In this document: one piece after another, positions 39,546-54,732 of the stretch
Numbering within the stretch: the stretch's first letter is position 1
How the letters are laid out: every line of letters starts with the position of its first letter
Source: the human T2T-CHM13v2.0 reference genome, Homo sapiens
NCBI RefSeq assembly: GCF_009914755.1
Contig: NC_060947.1
DNA: 64,000 nucleotides
Direction: 5' to 3' (one strand)
Notes under the pieces: generated by a model
What the model saw: only the letters and a program-made list of their open reading frames with translations
Database searches by the model: none
What the model was told of the DNA's origin: nothing
Position numbers and translations under genes: made by a program

Positions 39546-41200
39546 TCATTTTTAGTTTTTTGAGAAATCTTCATACTGTTTTTCCGTGGTGGTTGTACTG
39601 ATTTATATTTCCACCAACAGTGTGTAGGAGTCCTTTTTATCTGTATCCTCACTGAATTCTGTTATTTTTTGTCTTTTTAATAATAGCCATTCTCAGATAA
39701 GATGATATCTCATTGTGGTTTTGATTTGCAATTTCCTGATTATTAGTGATGTTGAGCATTTTTTCATATAACTGTTGGCCATTTGTGTGTCTTCTTTTGA
39801 GAAATGTCTATTCTTGTCCTTTGCCCACTTTTAAATAGAATAATTTGTTTTGTTCCTGTTGAGTTGTTTGAGTTACTTTTATGGTTTAGATATTAGTTGT
39901 TTGTCAGTTGAATAGTTTGTAAAAATGTTCTGTCATTCAACAGGTTGTCTCCTCACTTTGCTGATTGTTTCCTTTGCTGTGTAAAATCATTTTAGTTTAA
40001 TATAGTCTCATTTGTGTATTTTAGTTTTTCTTGCCAGTGCTTTTGAGGTCTTAGCCATAAAATATTTGCTTAGACCAGTGTCCTGAAGTATTTTTCCTGT
40101 AATTTTTTCTATTAATTTTATAGGTTTGGACTTCACATTTAAGTATTTAATCCATCTTGAGTTGGTTTTTTTATAGGGTGAGTGATAGGGGGCCCGTTTC
40201 ATTCTTATGCATGTGGTTATCCAGTTTTCCCAGCGCCATTCATTGAAGAGGCTATCCTTTCTCCAGCGTATGTTCTTGGCACCATTGTCAAAAATCAGTT
40301 GGCTGTAAGTATGTACATTTATTTTGGGGTTCTTTATTTTCTTCCATTGATCTATATATCTGCTTTTATACCAATACTATGCTGTCGTGGCCATGATAGC
40401 CTTTTAATATATTTTGAAGTCGAGTAGTGTGATGCCTCCAGCTTTGTCTTTTTTGCTCAGGATTGTTTTGCTTATTTGGGCTTTTTTTTCATTCCATATG
40501 CATTTTTGGAATTTTTTTCTATTTCTGTGAAAAATGATGTTGATATTTTAATGGAGATTGCGTTGAATTTGTAGATTGCTTTGGGCAGTATGGTCATTTT
40601 AATAACATTATTTCTTCCTATCCATGAGCACAAAATGTTTTTCTATTTGTGTCCTCTTCAGTTTATTTCATCAGTGTTTTGTAGTTTTCCTTGTAGAAGC
40701 CTTTCACCTCCTTAGTTAAATGGAATTCACTTCTTGATTTCTTTCTCAGCTAATTCATTATTGGTGTATAGAAAATCTACTAATTTTTGTATGTTGATTT
40801 TGAATCCTGCAACTTCACTAAATTTATTTATCAGCTCTAAGAGTTTTTTGGTCAAATATTTAGGCCTTTCTAGATATAAGATTGTATCACCTGCAAAGAG
40901 GGACAATTTGACTTCTTTTCCAACTTGTATGCCTATTATTTCTTTCTCTTGCCTGAATACTCTGGCCAGGACTTCCAGTACTATGCTGAATAGGAGTGGT
41001 GAAAGTGGATACCTTTGTCTTGTTTTAGTTCTTAGAAGACAAAGCTTTAGCTTTTCCCCATTTAGTATGATGTTAGCTGTGGGTTTGTTGTATATAGACT
41101 TTATTCTTTTTGAAGCATGTTCCATCTATCACTACTTTGTTGAGAGTTTTTATCATGAAAGAATGTGAAATTTTATTGAATGCTTTTTCTATGTCTATTA

Positions 41201-43248
41201 AGCCACTTTCACCACTGTTATTCAACATAGTACTGGAAGTCCTAATTACAGCAATCAGACAAAAGAAAGAAATATAAAGCATCCAAATTAGAAAAGAGGA
41301 AGTCAAATTATCCTTGTTTGAAGAAGATAAGATCGTAAGTTTAGAAAAACCTAAAGTCTACACCAAAAAAACTATTAGAACTGATAAACAAATTCAGTAA
41401 AGTTGCAGGATACAAAATCTGCATACAAAAATCAATAATATTTCTATATGCCAACGTGAACAATCTGAAAAAGAAATCAAGAAAGCAATCCCATTTACAA
41501 TAGCTACAAATAAAATAAAATGCCAATTAACTCAATCAAAGAAATGAAAGTTCTTTACAATAAAAACTGTAAAACATTGATGCAATAAATTGAAGAAGTC
41601 ACAAAAATATGGAAAGATATACCATGGTCACGTATTAGAATAATCAATATTGTTAAGACAGCCGTACTATCTAAATCAATCTACAGATTAAATGCAATCC
41701 CTATGAAAATACCAATGTCATTATTCACAGAAATAGAAAAAAACAATCCTAAAATGTATATGGAGCCAGAAAATACCCACAATGCCCAAAGCTACCCTAA
41801 GCAAAAAGAACAAAACTGGAGTAATCACATTACCAGACTTCAAATTATACTACAATGCTATAATAATCAAAACAGCATGGTACTGACATAAAAACAGACA
41901 CATGGATCAGTGGAACAGAAAAAAGAATGCAGAGATAAAGCCATATATCTACAGTGAACTCATTTTGACAAAGTTCACAAGAACATATGTTGGGTAAAGG
42001 ACAGTATCTTCAATAAATGGTGCTGGGAAAACTGGATATTTATATGCAAAGGGATGAAACTAGACCCCCTATCTCTGCCATATACAAAAACCAAACCAAA
42101 ATTGATTAAAAGCTTAAATCTCAGGCCTCAATCTATGAAACTACTACTAGAAAACATTGGGGGAAATCTCTAGGACATTGGTTTGGGCAAATATTTCTTG
42201 AGTAATACCCCACAAGCACAGGCAACCAAAGAAAAAATGGACAAATGGGATCACATCACATTAAAAAGCTTCTGCACAGCAGAGGAAACAATCAACAAAG
42301 TAAAAAGACAGCTCACAGAATGGGAGAAAATATTTGCAAAGTACCCATCTGACAAGGGATTAATAACCAGAATATATAAGAAGCTCAAACAACTCTATAG
42401 GAAAAAGTCTGATAACCCCATCAAAATGGGCAAAAGATCTTGACTAGACATTTCTCAAAAGAAGACATGCAAATGGCAAGCAGGCATATGAAAAGGTGCT
42501 CAACATCATTGAACATCAGTGAAATACAATCAAAACTACAATAAGATATCATTTCACCCAAATTAAAATGGCTTTTATCCAAAAGTCAGGCAATAACAAA
42601 TGCTGGTGAGGATGTGGAGAAAAGAGAACCCTGGTATACTATTAGTAGGAATGTAAATATTGCAACCACTATGAAGAGCAGTTTGGAAGTTCCTCAAAAA
42701 ATTAAAAATAAAGCTACCATATGATCCAGCAATCCCACTCCTGGAAATATACCCCAAAGGAAGGAAATCAGCATGTTGAAGAGATATCTGCACTCCCATG
42801 TTTGTTGCAGCACTGTTCACAATAGCCAAGATTTGGAAGCAACCTAAGTGTCCATCGACTGATCAATGGATCAAGAAAATGTGGTACATATACACAAGGG
42901 AGTAGTATTCATCCATAAAAAAGAACAAGATTCAGTCATTTGCAACAACATGGTTGGAACTGGAGATAACTATGTTAAGTGAAATAAGCCAGGCACAGAA
43001 AGACAAACATTTCATGTTCTCACTTGTTTGTGGGATCTAAGAATCAAAACAGTTGAACTCATGGACATAGAGAGTAGAGGGATGGTTATCAGAGACTGGG
43101 AAGGATAGCGGAGGGGCTGGTGGGAAGGTGGGGATGGTTAGTGGGTACAAAAAAATAGAAAGAATGAATAAAACCTGCTATTTGATAGTACAACAGGGTG
43201 ACTATAGTCAATAATAACTTAATTGTATGTTTTAACATAAAATAAAAG
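41201..43248 (+). mobile_element. L1MA (MA1/2-like), RT region to 3'UTR
   Basis: ccactttcaccactgttattcaacatagtactggaag...; ORF 42183..42443 is ORF2-like. Confidence 0.96.
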
Positions 43249-43265
43249 GAAATGCATTATAGAGT

Positions 43266-43405
43266 AGAGATTCTCAAACTTTAATATGGCTATGAATCAT
43301 ATTGATCTTACTAACATGCATATTTGGATTTTCTGAGATTCTGCATTGAAAATATTAGCTCCCAGTTGATGCTGATGTTACCAATCTGTGGACAATACTC
43401 TAGTA
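43266..43405 (-). mobile_element. MER5A fragment
   Basis: ttctcaaacttta...ctgagattctgcatt...gatgctgatg. Confidence 0.7.
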
Positions 43406-43464
43406 TTAATATTCTATAAATTCTTACAGTACACATGAATACTGTACAGCTTCACTAGTTTCAA

Positions 43465-43700
43465 GGCAGCAGCATAGAATTATGGATCGAAGACTCCGAA
43501 GTCGCACATATATGCTTCAAGTCTTAGCTCTGGGCTTCTCAATATGACCTTGGCCAAGGTTTTCTGTCCCGGCTTCAGTTTTCTTATTTATAAAATTGGG
43601 CAAAATGGTGCCAACTCTGGGATATTATTGTGGGGACTGAATGATATAACAAAAGCAGCGTACTTACCACAGTACCTGGCACATAACCCTCAAAAATGGT
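43465..43700 (+). mobile_element. MIR
   Basis: tgaccttggccaag...cttcagttttcttatttataaaattggg...cagtacctggcacata. Confidence 0.85.
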
Positions 43701-43734
43701 CAGCTTCATGTTATAACTGCAAATCAGCATTCTA

Positions 43735-44770
43735 TGTGGGAACATGAAGAGTGTCGTTATGGATGGCTCACTTGTGTCACAGCTAGACACTCAGATGGTC
43801 ACTGCCAGTAGGCATTACTTCTGAACTGCAAGTGGTACAGAGATGTTGAGAAGAAATCAGGACAGACCTGACAGTTTAGGCACAAAGATGAAGTGGGCCT
43901 CTGTCAAACAGAAGAGCAAAAGCTAGGAAGAGGGGACTGGCATGGCTTTGTAGTGTCTTGCATGCCATTTTGCAAGTAAAGAAAGGCACATGACTCCCAG
44001 CTGCTCGCTGTTTTGTGGTCTGTGGGCTGTGTAACATAGGAAATGGGGAACAGAATCACTGCAGAAGCAGAATGTGCTTAGAGGTGGAAAATGTGGAAAT
44101 GCAGAAGCAGGAGGGAACCCATCCTGTTACTACTCTTCTCTGTCCCCTTTGTGCTTAGTAACCACCCCCAAGAATGCACCCTTAAGACTCATGCTGGATT
44201 TAATCCTGGCAAGTGTATGATCAAAAAACCCCACAGTCCCCAGAGACAGCATTAAAAAGGACCCCGTGGCCTTAACGTGTCTCCTTTGATTCCAAACAAA
44301 GGAGCCATATCAACAGGAAACGCTATTGTTTTCTCTCAGTAGGGATGGCTGAAAGTAGCAGCTGTTGTATAAGCCAGCATGCCAACAAAGGGACACAGGG
44401 ACACATCTTGGAGCTACGAAAGACAGGAAAACAGCAAATGGCATTAATTCTATTTCATCCAAGAGCAAGTGCAGATGGCCTGGAGAGGCAAGGTGACACT
44501 CTGGGCAGCAGAATGGAGATGGAGGGGTTGGGGAGAAAGCCATCTATCAAAAACATTGCACCCGTAAGTCCTTTGTGGCCTCCAATAAGAGCAAAGACAT
44601 TGTCAGAGGAGGGGTAAAGCTAAAGCAGACCTGAGTAAAATGAGTTTGTTTTTAACTTGTGAAAGAAACTTGACATAGAGAAGGACACATTTTGCAAATT
44701 AGCTACAACAGCTCTCACAACACAAAGGCGGAAGGGAACATGAAATTTAGTTCAGCTGGTTATAACTCAG
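43735..44770 (+). mobile_element. Possible ancient LTR (MamGypLTR-class)
   Basis: Purine-rich ~1-kb block of LTR-like composition; no diagnostic motif confirmed. Confidence 0.3.
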
Positions 44771-44904
44771 TCCCTTTGCTTTTTAACAAATTCCATTGAG
44801 ATTAATGTTTTAATCATCTAAGAACAATGTGTGTGCTGCTGTCTTAAAATGAAATTTGTGTATACTTACAACTTATTCATTCATTCAACCAACCTCATTT
44901 CCAG

Positions 44905-45235
44905 CTTCCTTTACTGTTACATGTGGACAAAGAATGTGGTTCTTGCCAAAGGAACTTGAGCAGAAGGAATGTGCTCCAGGCCTGGCCCATAAAATCCTCC
45001 CTTGCAGTTCTGCTCTCTTCATTTGACTACAGAACAGAATATATTAGTAGGACCTTCTAGAAGTCTGAGCTATAAGACAGGAGACTGAGCCCTTAAATGG
45101 TTGAAAGGAGAAAGCCCAAATGCCCACCTGACCTCATGGCCCCATTATGTGTGTGAGAAATAAATATTTACTGTGTTAAGCCATTTAAACTGGAGTGCCG
45201 TGTGCTACAACAGCCAGTCTACCCAGATTAACATG
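44905..45235 (+). mobile_element. MLT1 (J-like) LTR part
   Basis: ggcctggcccataaaa...gagaaataaatatttactgtgttaagcca. Confidence 0.7.
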
Positions 45236-45520
45236 TATGTATAATGCAATGGGAGCATAGAGGATGGACTACCTTAGTCTGCCTTAGTCCCAGGGAATAT
45301 GGGAAGGCATTGCAGATGTGAAAACACTCAGCAAAGTAGAAGAAGGACTGCAAGTTTACTTACCAGACAAGGGCAGGAGAAAATTTTTGGATGAGGCAAA
45401 AGCAAAATCAAGGATAAGAGCTCACTAACAGAGTGGGTTATTTGGGAAACCATGTTTCAGTATGGTTGGAGTCTTAAATGTTAGGGAGGACTGGAGGGGC
45501 ATGTATACCATTTATTAGAA

Positions 45521-45850
45521 CAGTGTGGGGAACTATGGCCTGTGGGCCAAATCTGGCCTACTGCTTGTTTTTGCACAGCTGGAAATTAATAATAGTTTTA
45601 TACTTTTAAAAGGCTGAAAAAAATCAAAAGAAGAATATTTTGTGGCACATGAATATTATATGAAATTCAAATTTCACTGCCAGTAAATTAAGTTTTATTG
45701 GAATACAGCCATGTTCATTCATTTACATACTTTCTATGGCTGCCTTTGCACTACAATGGTAGAGATGAGTAGTTGTGGCAGAAACCATAGGGCCTACAAA
45801 GCCTAAATATTTACTATCTCTCTCTTTCCAAAAATGTTTGCCAACCTCTG
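45521..45850 (+). mobile_element. MER58B
   Basis: aactatggcctgtgggccaaatctggcc...gtttgccaacctctg; homologous to the two other copies. Confidence 0.92.
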
Positions 45851-45874
45851 CTTTAGAGCCCTAACTTTATCCCA

Positions 45875-46313
45875 TGTGATAAACTCCATTATTATTCCCA
45901 TTCTTCACTTCTTGAATCCGTACTCAGTCATGTGACTTTAAATTTCATACCACTGGGTGAAGTGTATTCTTCTGCTTCATTCATGTTGGGCTTGGCCATG
46001 CCACTTGTTTTGGTCAATGGAATAAGGGAGAAAGTGATAGTGCACTGATTCCAAGCGTTTCCAATAAAAGAGATCACATGTTTTGCTTTTCCCATTTGTT
46101 TTTCTACCAATCTCATGAGAAGGACATGTCCTTCATATCATCAGAAAGAAAGGAATGTGGAGCAGAGCTACCGCAACTGAACTGCAGACCTAAAGTCTGA
46201 AGCAGAGCCACCTCAGCTAATTCTCAGACCTATTAGACTATTAATAGTTAATGCTTCTTATATGCCAGTGAGCTTTGAAATTGTTTGTTAAGCAGCAATA
46301 GCTGACTGACACA
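45875..46313 (+). mobile_element. MLT1 (H/I-like) LTR
   Basis: gggcttggccatgccacttgttttggtcaatgg...gcagcaatagctgactgacaca. Confidence 0.8.
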
Positions 46314-47234
46314 TCATGTAGCTACTGAGGAGAGGAAATTACCAGATGCAAGTCCAGACACACTCCCTTATAACTAAATGTTAAAGAATATTAGCGAGTT
46401 AAAGTTGCCAAGACCTAATGCTAAAGGCATTTATATTAAGCATATAGAAGCCTAGTTTGAAAACAAAATTAGAGTGAACTCAGAAAGAAAATTCTTGGTT
46501 CTTTCTCCTTTTTTTGAAATCTGAATAAAGCCTCTGACATTCCCTCCCCAAAGTTAAGTGGTCCTATGTTCACATGGAAAGTTTCCTTTTCTTTCTTTTA
46601 TTGTAGCTCATCTTTGTTTTGGCATACCTCTGCTATGTCTTCAATTTTTATGACCTTCAATAGCCCTCTATAGTAGGATATGCCTCTCTCCATAGTCTGA
46701 CCTGTATAATTTGGAAGCTTGAGGATCTCTAATTCACCCATCCCAGGGAATTCCGGAATACAAATCATTTTATCAAATGTCTGAGAAAGGAGCTGAGGTA
46801 AAACACAAAAAATGTCCTTTTCAGGTTTCTTGGTTAATGCCTGTGTGAGTTGTCATGGTGACGGGGGAAGGGATGGAGATCAGAGAAGAGATTAGAGAAT
46901 ATATTGTCATATTGGGACCTATAAAGCCTTTGTGAACATTTGCTTCTTGGAAATTAACTCAGGAAATTGCATCATTCACTGACGTGGTTCTCTGAATATC
47001 ACAAGGTCAATAAAATCTCAACATTCTATGAACTGGGATGATTTCTTCTTTTTCTTATTCCAGAGTCTTAGACTTCATGGCTAGGAGAAAAAGCATCCTG
47101 GGCATGGTAACATTAAAATGTAAACATTTGAAATGTGCGTATTTGTTTATTAAATTGAAGCCTCCCACTTCCCTCTTCCAGTTGCCAGCCGTGTTCTCAC
47201 CACCAAAATAAAACAAGTAAGAGAAGTAGACACA

Positions 47235-47354
47235 CAAAGCCCCAGTAATTCTCAGAGCAATTAATCACAATCTCTGGGGGAGTGAGATGCAGGCATCAAT
47301 ATCATTTGAAGTTCCTAGATTATTCCAATGTGCAGACAAGTTTAAGAACCACTG
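47235..47354. mobile_element. MER5 fragment
   Basis: gattattccaatgtgcagacaagtttaagaaccactg. Confidence 0.7.
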
Positions 47355-47464
47355 TTCTAAACCTCATTCTTGGTAAACTTGCATTCTGCACATTACAGGG
47401 GCACCAAGAGGCAAATAATCACCCCATTATAAGAGGGTAGGGGCATTTAGTACAAACTGGCAAG

Positions 47465-48020
47465 TGTATCCATTAAGATATTTTCAGTTTCAAAGTAACA
47501 GAAAATCCAACTCAAACCTTTTCACATGACAAAAAATGTTTAGAGTCTCATATAAATGAAAAGTTCAATAGTAGTATTCTTTTTGTCTCTCTATGCTTCC
47601 ACCCATGGCATTATCGCTAGTGCTTCTAGGGGAGATTTCCATAAGCATCTGGTGCTATATGCTTTCCCTTCACGTTCAGCCCCAAGAGAGAAAGCTTTCT
47701 TTCCCTCAACTACTAGACAATGTCTGGCCTATGCTTTGATTGAATCAATATAGGCTCTCCCATTTACATATTAACCAATTACTAGCCAACTAGCTAGGAA
47801 ACTCTTTTTTACTCTTGACTTAGAGGTACATTACAACATATTTCTGAACCAGTTACTGGGACAAGCATTGGTTTAGGCCAATTAGGATTCACCACTAGAG
47901 ATGAGAGGCAGGATAATTCCACCCACAAAGCAGGCAACCCCATAATGGGATAGGAGTAGGTCCTGTTAGAAAGGGAGAAGTATGTAATAGCTACTGATTA
48001 GGCAATCAACAAATATCCAG
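47465..48020 (-). mobile_element. Old MLT1K/L-like LTR
   Basis: aagtaacagaaaatccaactcaaac...ctgaaccagttactg. Confidence 0.55.
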
Positions 48021-48774
48021 GAAACAACAATGGAGATAAAGCAGAAGATGCTTTAGATAATTTTGTGGTTCCTCATTAGTAGCAGAGTAGAACTGGATTC
48101 CTCCTAGGAAGAGAAGGTCCTTCATACTTTCTTTTCCCCAAGTCATGAGCCATGCAAACAAGATGATAAATGTCACCAATGTCTGATCATTCTCAAAGTT
48201 TCGAATGTCTTCTGTCTTCTATACCATTCTAGAAAAGGAGGAGCAACCCAGGTGCTTTCTACCTAGTCATCCAGGATGTTCTAAGAAGTTAGGAACTCCT
48301 CATTCATGGGCTCAAAGGGGCAGATTCTACTTTCTAAACTTAAAAGAAATGGCTACTCTTTAGCCCATTAGGAAGACATCAAGTTGCTCTCTAAATGCAC
48401 TCAGCAATTCCCAAGTCTCAATAGGAGAAGATAGCAGCTACTCTCATTGTTTGATTAGAGTAGCCCCCTGAAGAGTATGAAATTCAAAATCATGAGATAT
48501 TAGTCTCTTGGTTGAGGTAGACACCAGTCAAAATGCCAATACTCTTTGAATTTATCAGGTAAATAATTAACATCTATTCATCCTTTAGCGTTAACTTGTA
48601 AATCAGAAAGTCAATCCAGGAGCCTCCTAAAGGGGTTAAAGAGGAGGTGGTGAAGGAGGGGTTTGGTAGGATACTGAAGACAACCTGTACCAAGAGAACA
48701 AAAATCTCCATCTTCACATCTTGGTCTATTTATAGTCTCTTTCTGATGAAATGATGTGTCAGATCCTCTGGTAT

Positions 48775-48932
48775 GCTGTTCTTAGACTTTAATGTTCTAC
48801 AAATCCCTGGGGGCTTTGTAAAAATTCAGAATCTGATTCAGCAGGTCAGGAGTCAGTTCTGAGATTCTGCCTTTCTAAGAAGCGCTGAGGTTATGCTGCT
48901 GCTGCTGTTTTGCAAATGACACTTTGAGTAGG
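48775..48932 (-). mobile_element. MER5A
   Basis: tctgattcagcaggtc...ctgagattctgcctttctaa...cactttgagtag. Confidence 0.85.
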
Positions 48933-50176
48933 AGTCCAGAATATACCATTGTGCTATAAAGATATTTTGAGCAAAAGACATTTGAGCTCCTGAAATCTCT
49001 TATCTGCCTAAAAGCAGAACCTCTTGAACTCAAAAGAACTCAATTTTTGTAAATACCCTCCTTGGGAGCAACAGGGAAGATTGACTCATCACCTGAGAGA
49101 AGTCAGCACCACACCTAAGCAGATATTGTCACAAAATTATATCTCCCATCTATTCTCCTAAAAGTCCATTTACCTTTCCTGAAAGCCATTTTCCTGTATA
49201 TGCCCTTCTCCCCCTCCCTTTTCCCTGTTAAAAGGAGGTAGTGTGGAGTTGGGTATGAGATGGTACATAAGCCCCAAATTACAAATGCCTCCTTGAGTCA
49301 CATTTTTCTATGGACTCCCATATGTACATATGTGAATAAAATCTGTCTTTTCTCTTGCTAATCTATTTCTTATCAGTTTAATTTGCAGACCCCCAGTCAA
49401 AAAAATCTAAGAAGGTGGAGAAATATTTTTAACTCCCTGGCAGTTTGGTGACAAAGATGGAATGGATGGTTGGGACTCTGCTGTCTCTGGAGACTACAGC
49501 TGAGATTTCGGGATCTCTGGCCAAGCTAGTGAAAGTAAACTTTTATGTTTATGTTAATTAACTTATTTTTAACCAATCAGACTCCCTGATCTCTGCTTAG
49601 TGTTGGGTGGAATGAAGGTGGTAAGAGCCTCTTCTTGTCTTTTCTTTCTCAATATAGATTGGAAGGAGAAAATACTTGAAAGAACTAGTTCTTTGGTTAT
49701 TATGACTCTTGGGTGACTCAGTTTTGAGTATTTTCCCTCCCATTGGATAGTCATTTCTTTCCTGATTGTCTTGTTTTGTGTCCTGAGAGCTTGGTTTGGA
49801 TCTAGTGAGAGTGTTCTCTCTCTGGTTTTCTTCCCTGTGGGTGTGGGAGGGCATAGGTTGTCAGGCCTGCACCTGCAGGTGACCAGCTGTCAGGTTGGGT
49901 GGCCATGAGAATTAGTAGTCAGTTGTGCAGATACATGGAAGTCTAGGCACTCCATTTGCTGCTGACGTTCTAGCGAACCATTGCCATCCCTCAGGGAGCT
50001 CATCTCTCTTTCCTTATTGCCTTGACTGCCTGTGGCAATGAGGGTTTTTGCTTTTTTTCTTTTTGACTATCTTTGGGAGTGAGTTTGGATCATAGGGACT
50101 GCATGTTCTTCAACTTCCTTGGGTACACCTCTTGCATCCATTGCTAAGCCATTTAAAAGGCTTATTGGTTTTGAGT

Positions 50177-50626
50177 TGAGAAAGGAGAAAAACACCTTTT
50201 ATCCAAAAAACATGAGCCCATTTCAATTAGCAGGCCCAGAAAGGCATGTACAATGTAATAGCAGTCAAGTCTCACTACCCCTTGAGCTAAATAATCACTT
50301 CTTGAAGCCACTTGCTGTGTAGACTCTAGAATGACTTCCACGAGCCATAAAATGCCATATGCCCTATAGTTCAACAATGTATAGCCAATCAGGAACTAAT
50401 GTTATTTCTGTAAACCAATGAACATTTTTTGATAAAGAACTTTTGTAATTGCTCCCTCCTCAGATTCATCATTTTTTAATTTAAAAACTTGAGCCTCTCT
50501 TTTGTTCTCTGGAGTACTCCCCAAGGCAAGCTGGAAGTGTGTCCCAGGCTGTAGTCCTCCACATTTGTGTTTGAATAAACTCTGTTTAAACTGCATTCTG
50601 ACCCTTTTGATTATTTTAGGTTGACA
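50177..50626 (+). mobile_element. Solo LTR (LTR47/MER72-like)
   Basis: tgagaaag...aataaa...ggttgaca; TSD gagt/gagc. Confidence 0.85.
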
Positions 50627-50800
50627 GAGCCATATGTCAAAAGACAAAATTGCAACAAATTTAGTTTAAAAATCTTTATTTGCTTTTATTTGTGATTCTA
50701 GACTTGGATAACACCTCATTCTATAAAACAGAATGAGTATTCTGATGAGCTGAGCAGAGGAGTTTGACTTTATAGGTAGAAAGCTGAAGAAAGCAGAAAC

Positions 50801-51618
50801 TGTAACTGCAGGACCAGCCCAAACGGGGCTTATTGTATTGATAACAAAATGTCAAGTTACCTTGTAGGTATAACAGAGCTGAAAACCGCATGCCATGTAG
50901 CCCAGGTATATGCAATGACCTCTAACTGTGCCAGGAACCGATTAATCCTCCCCTAAGCACCAAGAATACTGAGACATGACAGGAACCTGAATGCCTAAAC
51001 TCTTTCAGAAGTGAGGAGTACGTTGGGCCAGAAGATCTGGGGCTAAAATCCTCAACACACCTTTCTGTAAATGGTCAAATTTAAAGCCCTTGGCCAGGTG
51101 TGGTGGCTCATGCCTGTAATCCCAGCACTTTGGGAGGCCGAGGCAGCTGGATCACTTGAGGTCAGGAGTTTCAAGACCAGCCTGGCCAACATGGCAAAAT
51201 CCCGTCTCTACTAAAAATACAAAAATTAGCTGGGTGCGGTGGCACGCACCTGAAGTCCCAGCTACGTGGAGGCTGAGGTAGGAGAATCCCTTGAACCTGG
51301 GAGCCAGAGGTTGCAGTCAGCCGAAATGGTCCCACTGCACTCCACCCTGGGTGACAGAGTGAAACTCCATCTCAAAACAAACAAAAAAAACCCCACAAAA
51401 TTTAAAGCCCTCCAATTAGACTTGCCAAGACAACATTCCTAACTCCTTTCCCTTGCCCTCTGAACCCATAAATTTGCCCCAGACCCCAAATTGGAGAGAC
51501 TGCTCCTATTTCCTTCCTGACCAGTTTTGTAAATAAAGCCTTTCTTTTCTCAAAAGCCAATGCCACATAATATTGGCTTCTGTGAGCATCAAGAAACAAG
51601 CCCATTTGCTTGATAATA
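50801..51618 (+). mobile_element. ERV1 solo LTR (MER66/MER73-like)
   Basis: tgtaactgcaggaccagcccaaac...aataaagcc...tgataata; TSD aaac. Confidence 0.85.
51092..51397 (+). mobile_element. AluS (Sz-like)
   Basis: Full dimer; TSD aaatttaaagccct at 51077-51090 and 51398-51411. Confidence 0.97.
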
Positions 51619-51781
51619 AAACAGAGAACAAAAAACAGATTGGTCATTTCAAAGTTATTTTTCTTACAGGGTTAAAACAGCAAAGACTTCCTTATTAGGG
51701 TGACTCAGGTTGACTAGAATCTTTTGTGTTCGGGGGAAATCTATCCTGTTTCAAAGTTCACTTTGATTACATGGCACTTAG

Positions 51782-52783
<1,002 letters not shown>

Positions 52784-54320
52784 TTAGCACAGGTGACTCC
52801 ATCCTGATTTGGTCTAGTCTGCTGGGGCCTAGTGCAGGAGGCTTGTCCAAAACAATGGCCTTCCATAAACTTTGTTTCACACATATAAAAGCTTATTTGG
52901 TTTTGAGTCACATTTGAGAGTAGGTACACCTTTAGAGACCCTAAATATTTGGACTCTTGCTTTAAAACAAAAAATCAATAGTGCCAGGAGTATTTTGTTT
53001 GTCCCAGCCAAAACCTGATGAGAAGATATTCGAAAGGATTTTCAGAGAGCTCTCACCCTAAAACAAATGTCCTATTTTATTTTGCTGTAGAATACTCACC
53101 TAATTTTCCTGGGTTACTAGGGTTGGAGGTTAACCCGAGGGAAATTAGGAAATGGAGGTTAACTTATAAATCAAATAAGACATTGAAATTCAATAAATGT
53201 TATGTTTATTAAAGTTTGAACATGTCCAGCTGACACATTTCCTTCTGTCCCATTGTCTGGCCGGACACGTCCATCCACAATGAAATTTCGGAGTTTGTCT
53301 TGTACCCTCTAAGCCGTGTTACACTGTTAAATTTTCTAATTTAGTAATGTGGAGTTCCTGAATGTTCCTATTTACTAACTGGAGCCCTAAAGTTGAGAAA
53401 GAATAGCAGTGACTCAGTAAACTCTTTTACTAGGGTATCACATCCCCCCTTGGAATAAATGATCCATGCAATAAAAAGAAATGGACTGGGGGCATGGTGG
53501 ATTGAGGTCAAGTACCTTACAGACTCCAGTGAAAGGAAAATGCATTGTAGAAACCTGAATTACCCCAAAAATTAACAGCAGGACTTCTAGTTTGCATAGC
53601 AAAATGGACATTCTGAATTAAACATTAACATCAAATTGTTCCGGTACTGGTGATGTAATATTCAAATAAATGAGTTTTAAATAAATCATGTTCTTCTTTA
53701 GAATGTTGCCTCCCTACTGCCACAGGCATTTTAGTCCAACTTGTCCTCTGTCTGGATCAAAAAGAATATTCGCATTTTTTAGGTAGCACAACAGAGGCTT
53801 CAGATTTCTCCAAGGGCCATTTCTAACAATAAGCACAGTTTAGTGGCTTCCTCTTATTCAGAGACTATAATCTGAATTTGAATTGGATTTCAATAAAGCA
53901 GCATTTGGAATGCAAATAGGAAAGTAATTAGGGTAATAAAAAAGGGTGTAAAAGTATATGATTCTTTAAATGCATCCCAAAACCCTTTGGTTTCAGGACC
54001 ACTCCCCCCTTCCCCAAGCTGGAGCCTGTGCAGAATAAGTTGTGCTAATACAGAAAGCAAGAAAGTGATTAGTTGTTTTTAAAAAATACATCAGTTCCTC
54101 TAATGTTCTCTCAAAATAGCATGCTGATAATGTACAGATCTTTGCAATTAAATGGAAGGATAAAAGTAATGCACACATACTCATTCTAGAGAAATTTTTC
54201 CTGGGTGAATTAGCTGTCTTAGTCAATAAGCGTGAAACGTGGTAACACCGCCGGATAGTTCGCTGTGGGGTAGCTGATAACAGGATTCGGCCTTGCAATC
54301 TTCAAACACATAGAGAAGAT

Positions 54321-54732
54321 GTAGTCTATTGTATTACTGTTCACAACTATTTACATATCTTTCTCCTCCATTGATTCTGGACTTGGCCAAATAACTTACT
54401 TTGGCCAATGGAATATGAGATAACTTGATGCAGACCAAGTTCAAGCAAAAGCTTTAAACATGATTGTGTGGTTCAGCTTGGCCCCTTTCTCTTTCTCTCT
54501 GCCAGAAAATGGGCAGATCCTACTTTATGTGCTCCTTAAGCTAGGGTACTAAAATGAGAAGACATGTGAGGCGAAGCAGAGCTGATCAGAGCTGAGCAAT
54601 GCTACAATAGATGCAGCTGACCCCCAGTTAATTGGGAACTTCCAACATACAACCTGAGTGAGACACAATGTTTGTGGGTATGAGCCATTAAGCGCTTTGT
54701 GACTGTAACTACAAGCCAAACAATTTAACACA
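54321..54732 (+). mobile_element. MLT1 (I/J-like) LTR
   Basis: ggacttggccaaataacttactttggccaatggaatatgag...gagccattaag. Confidence 0.75.
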
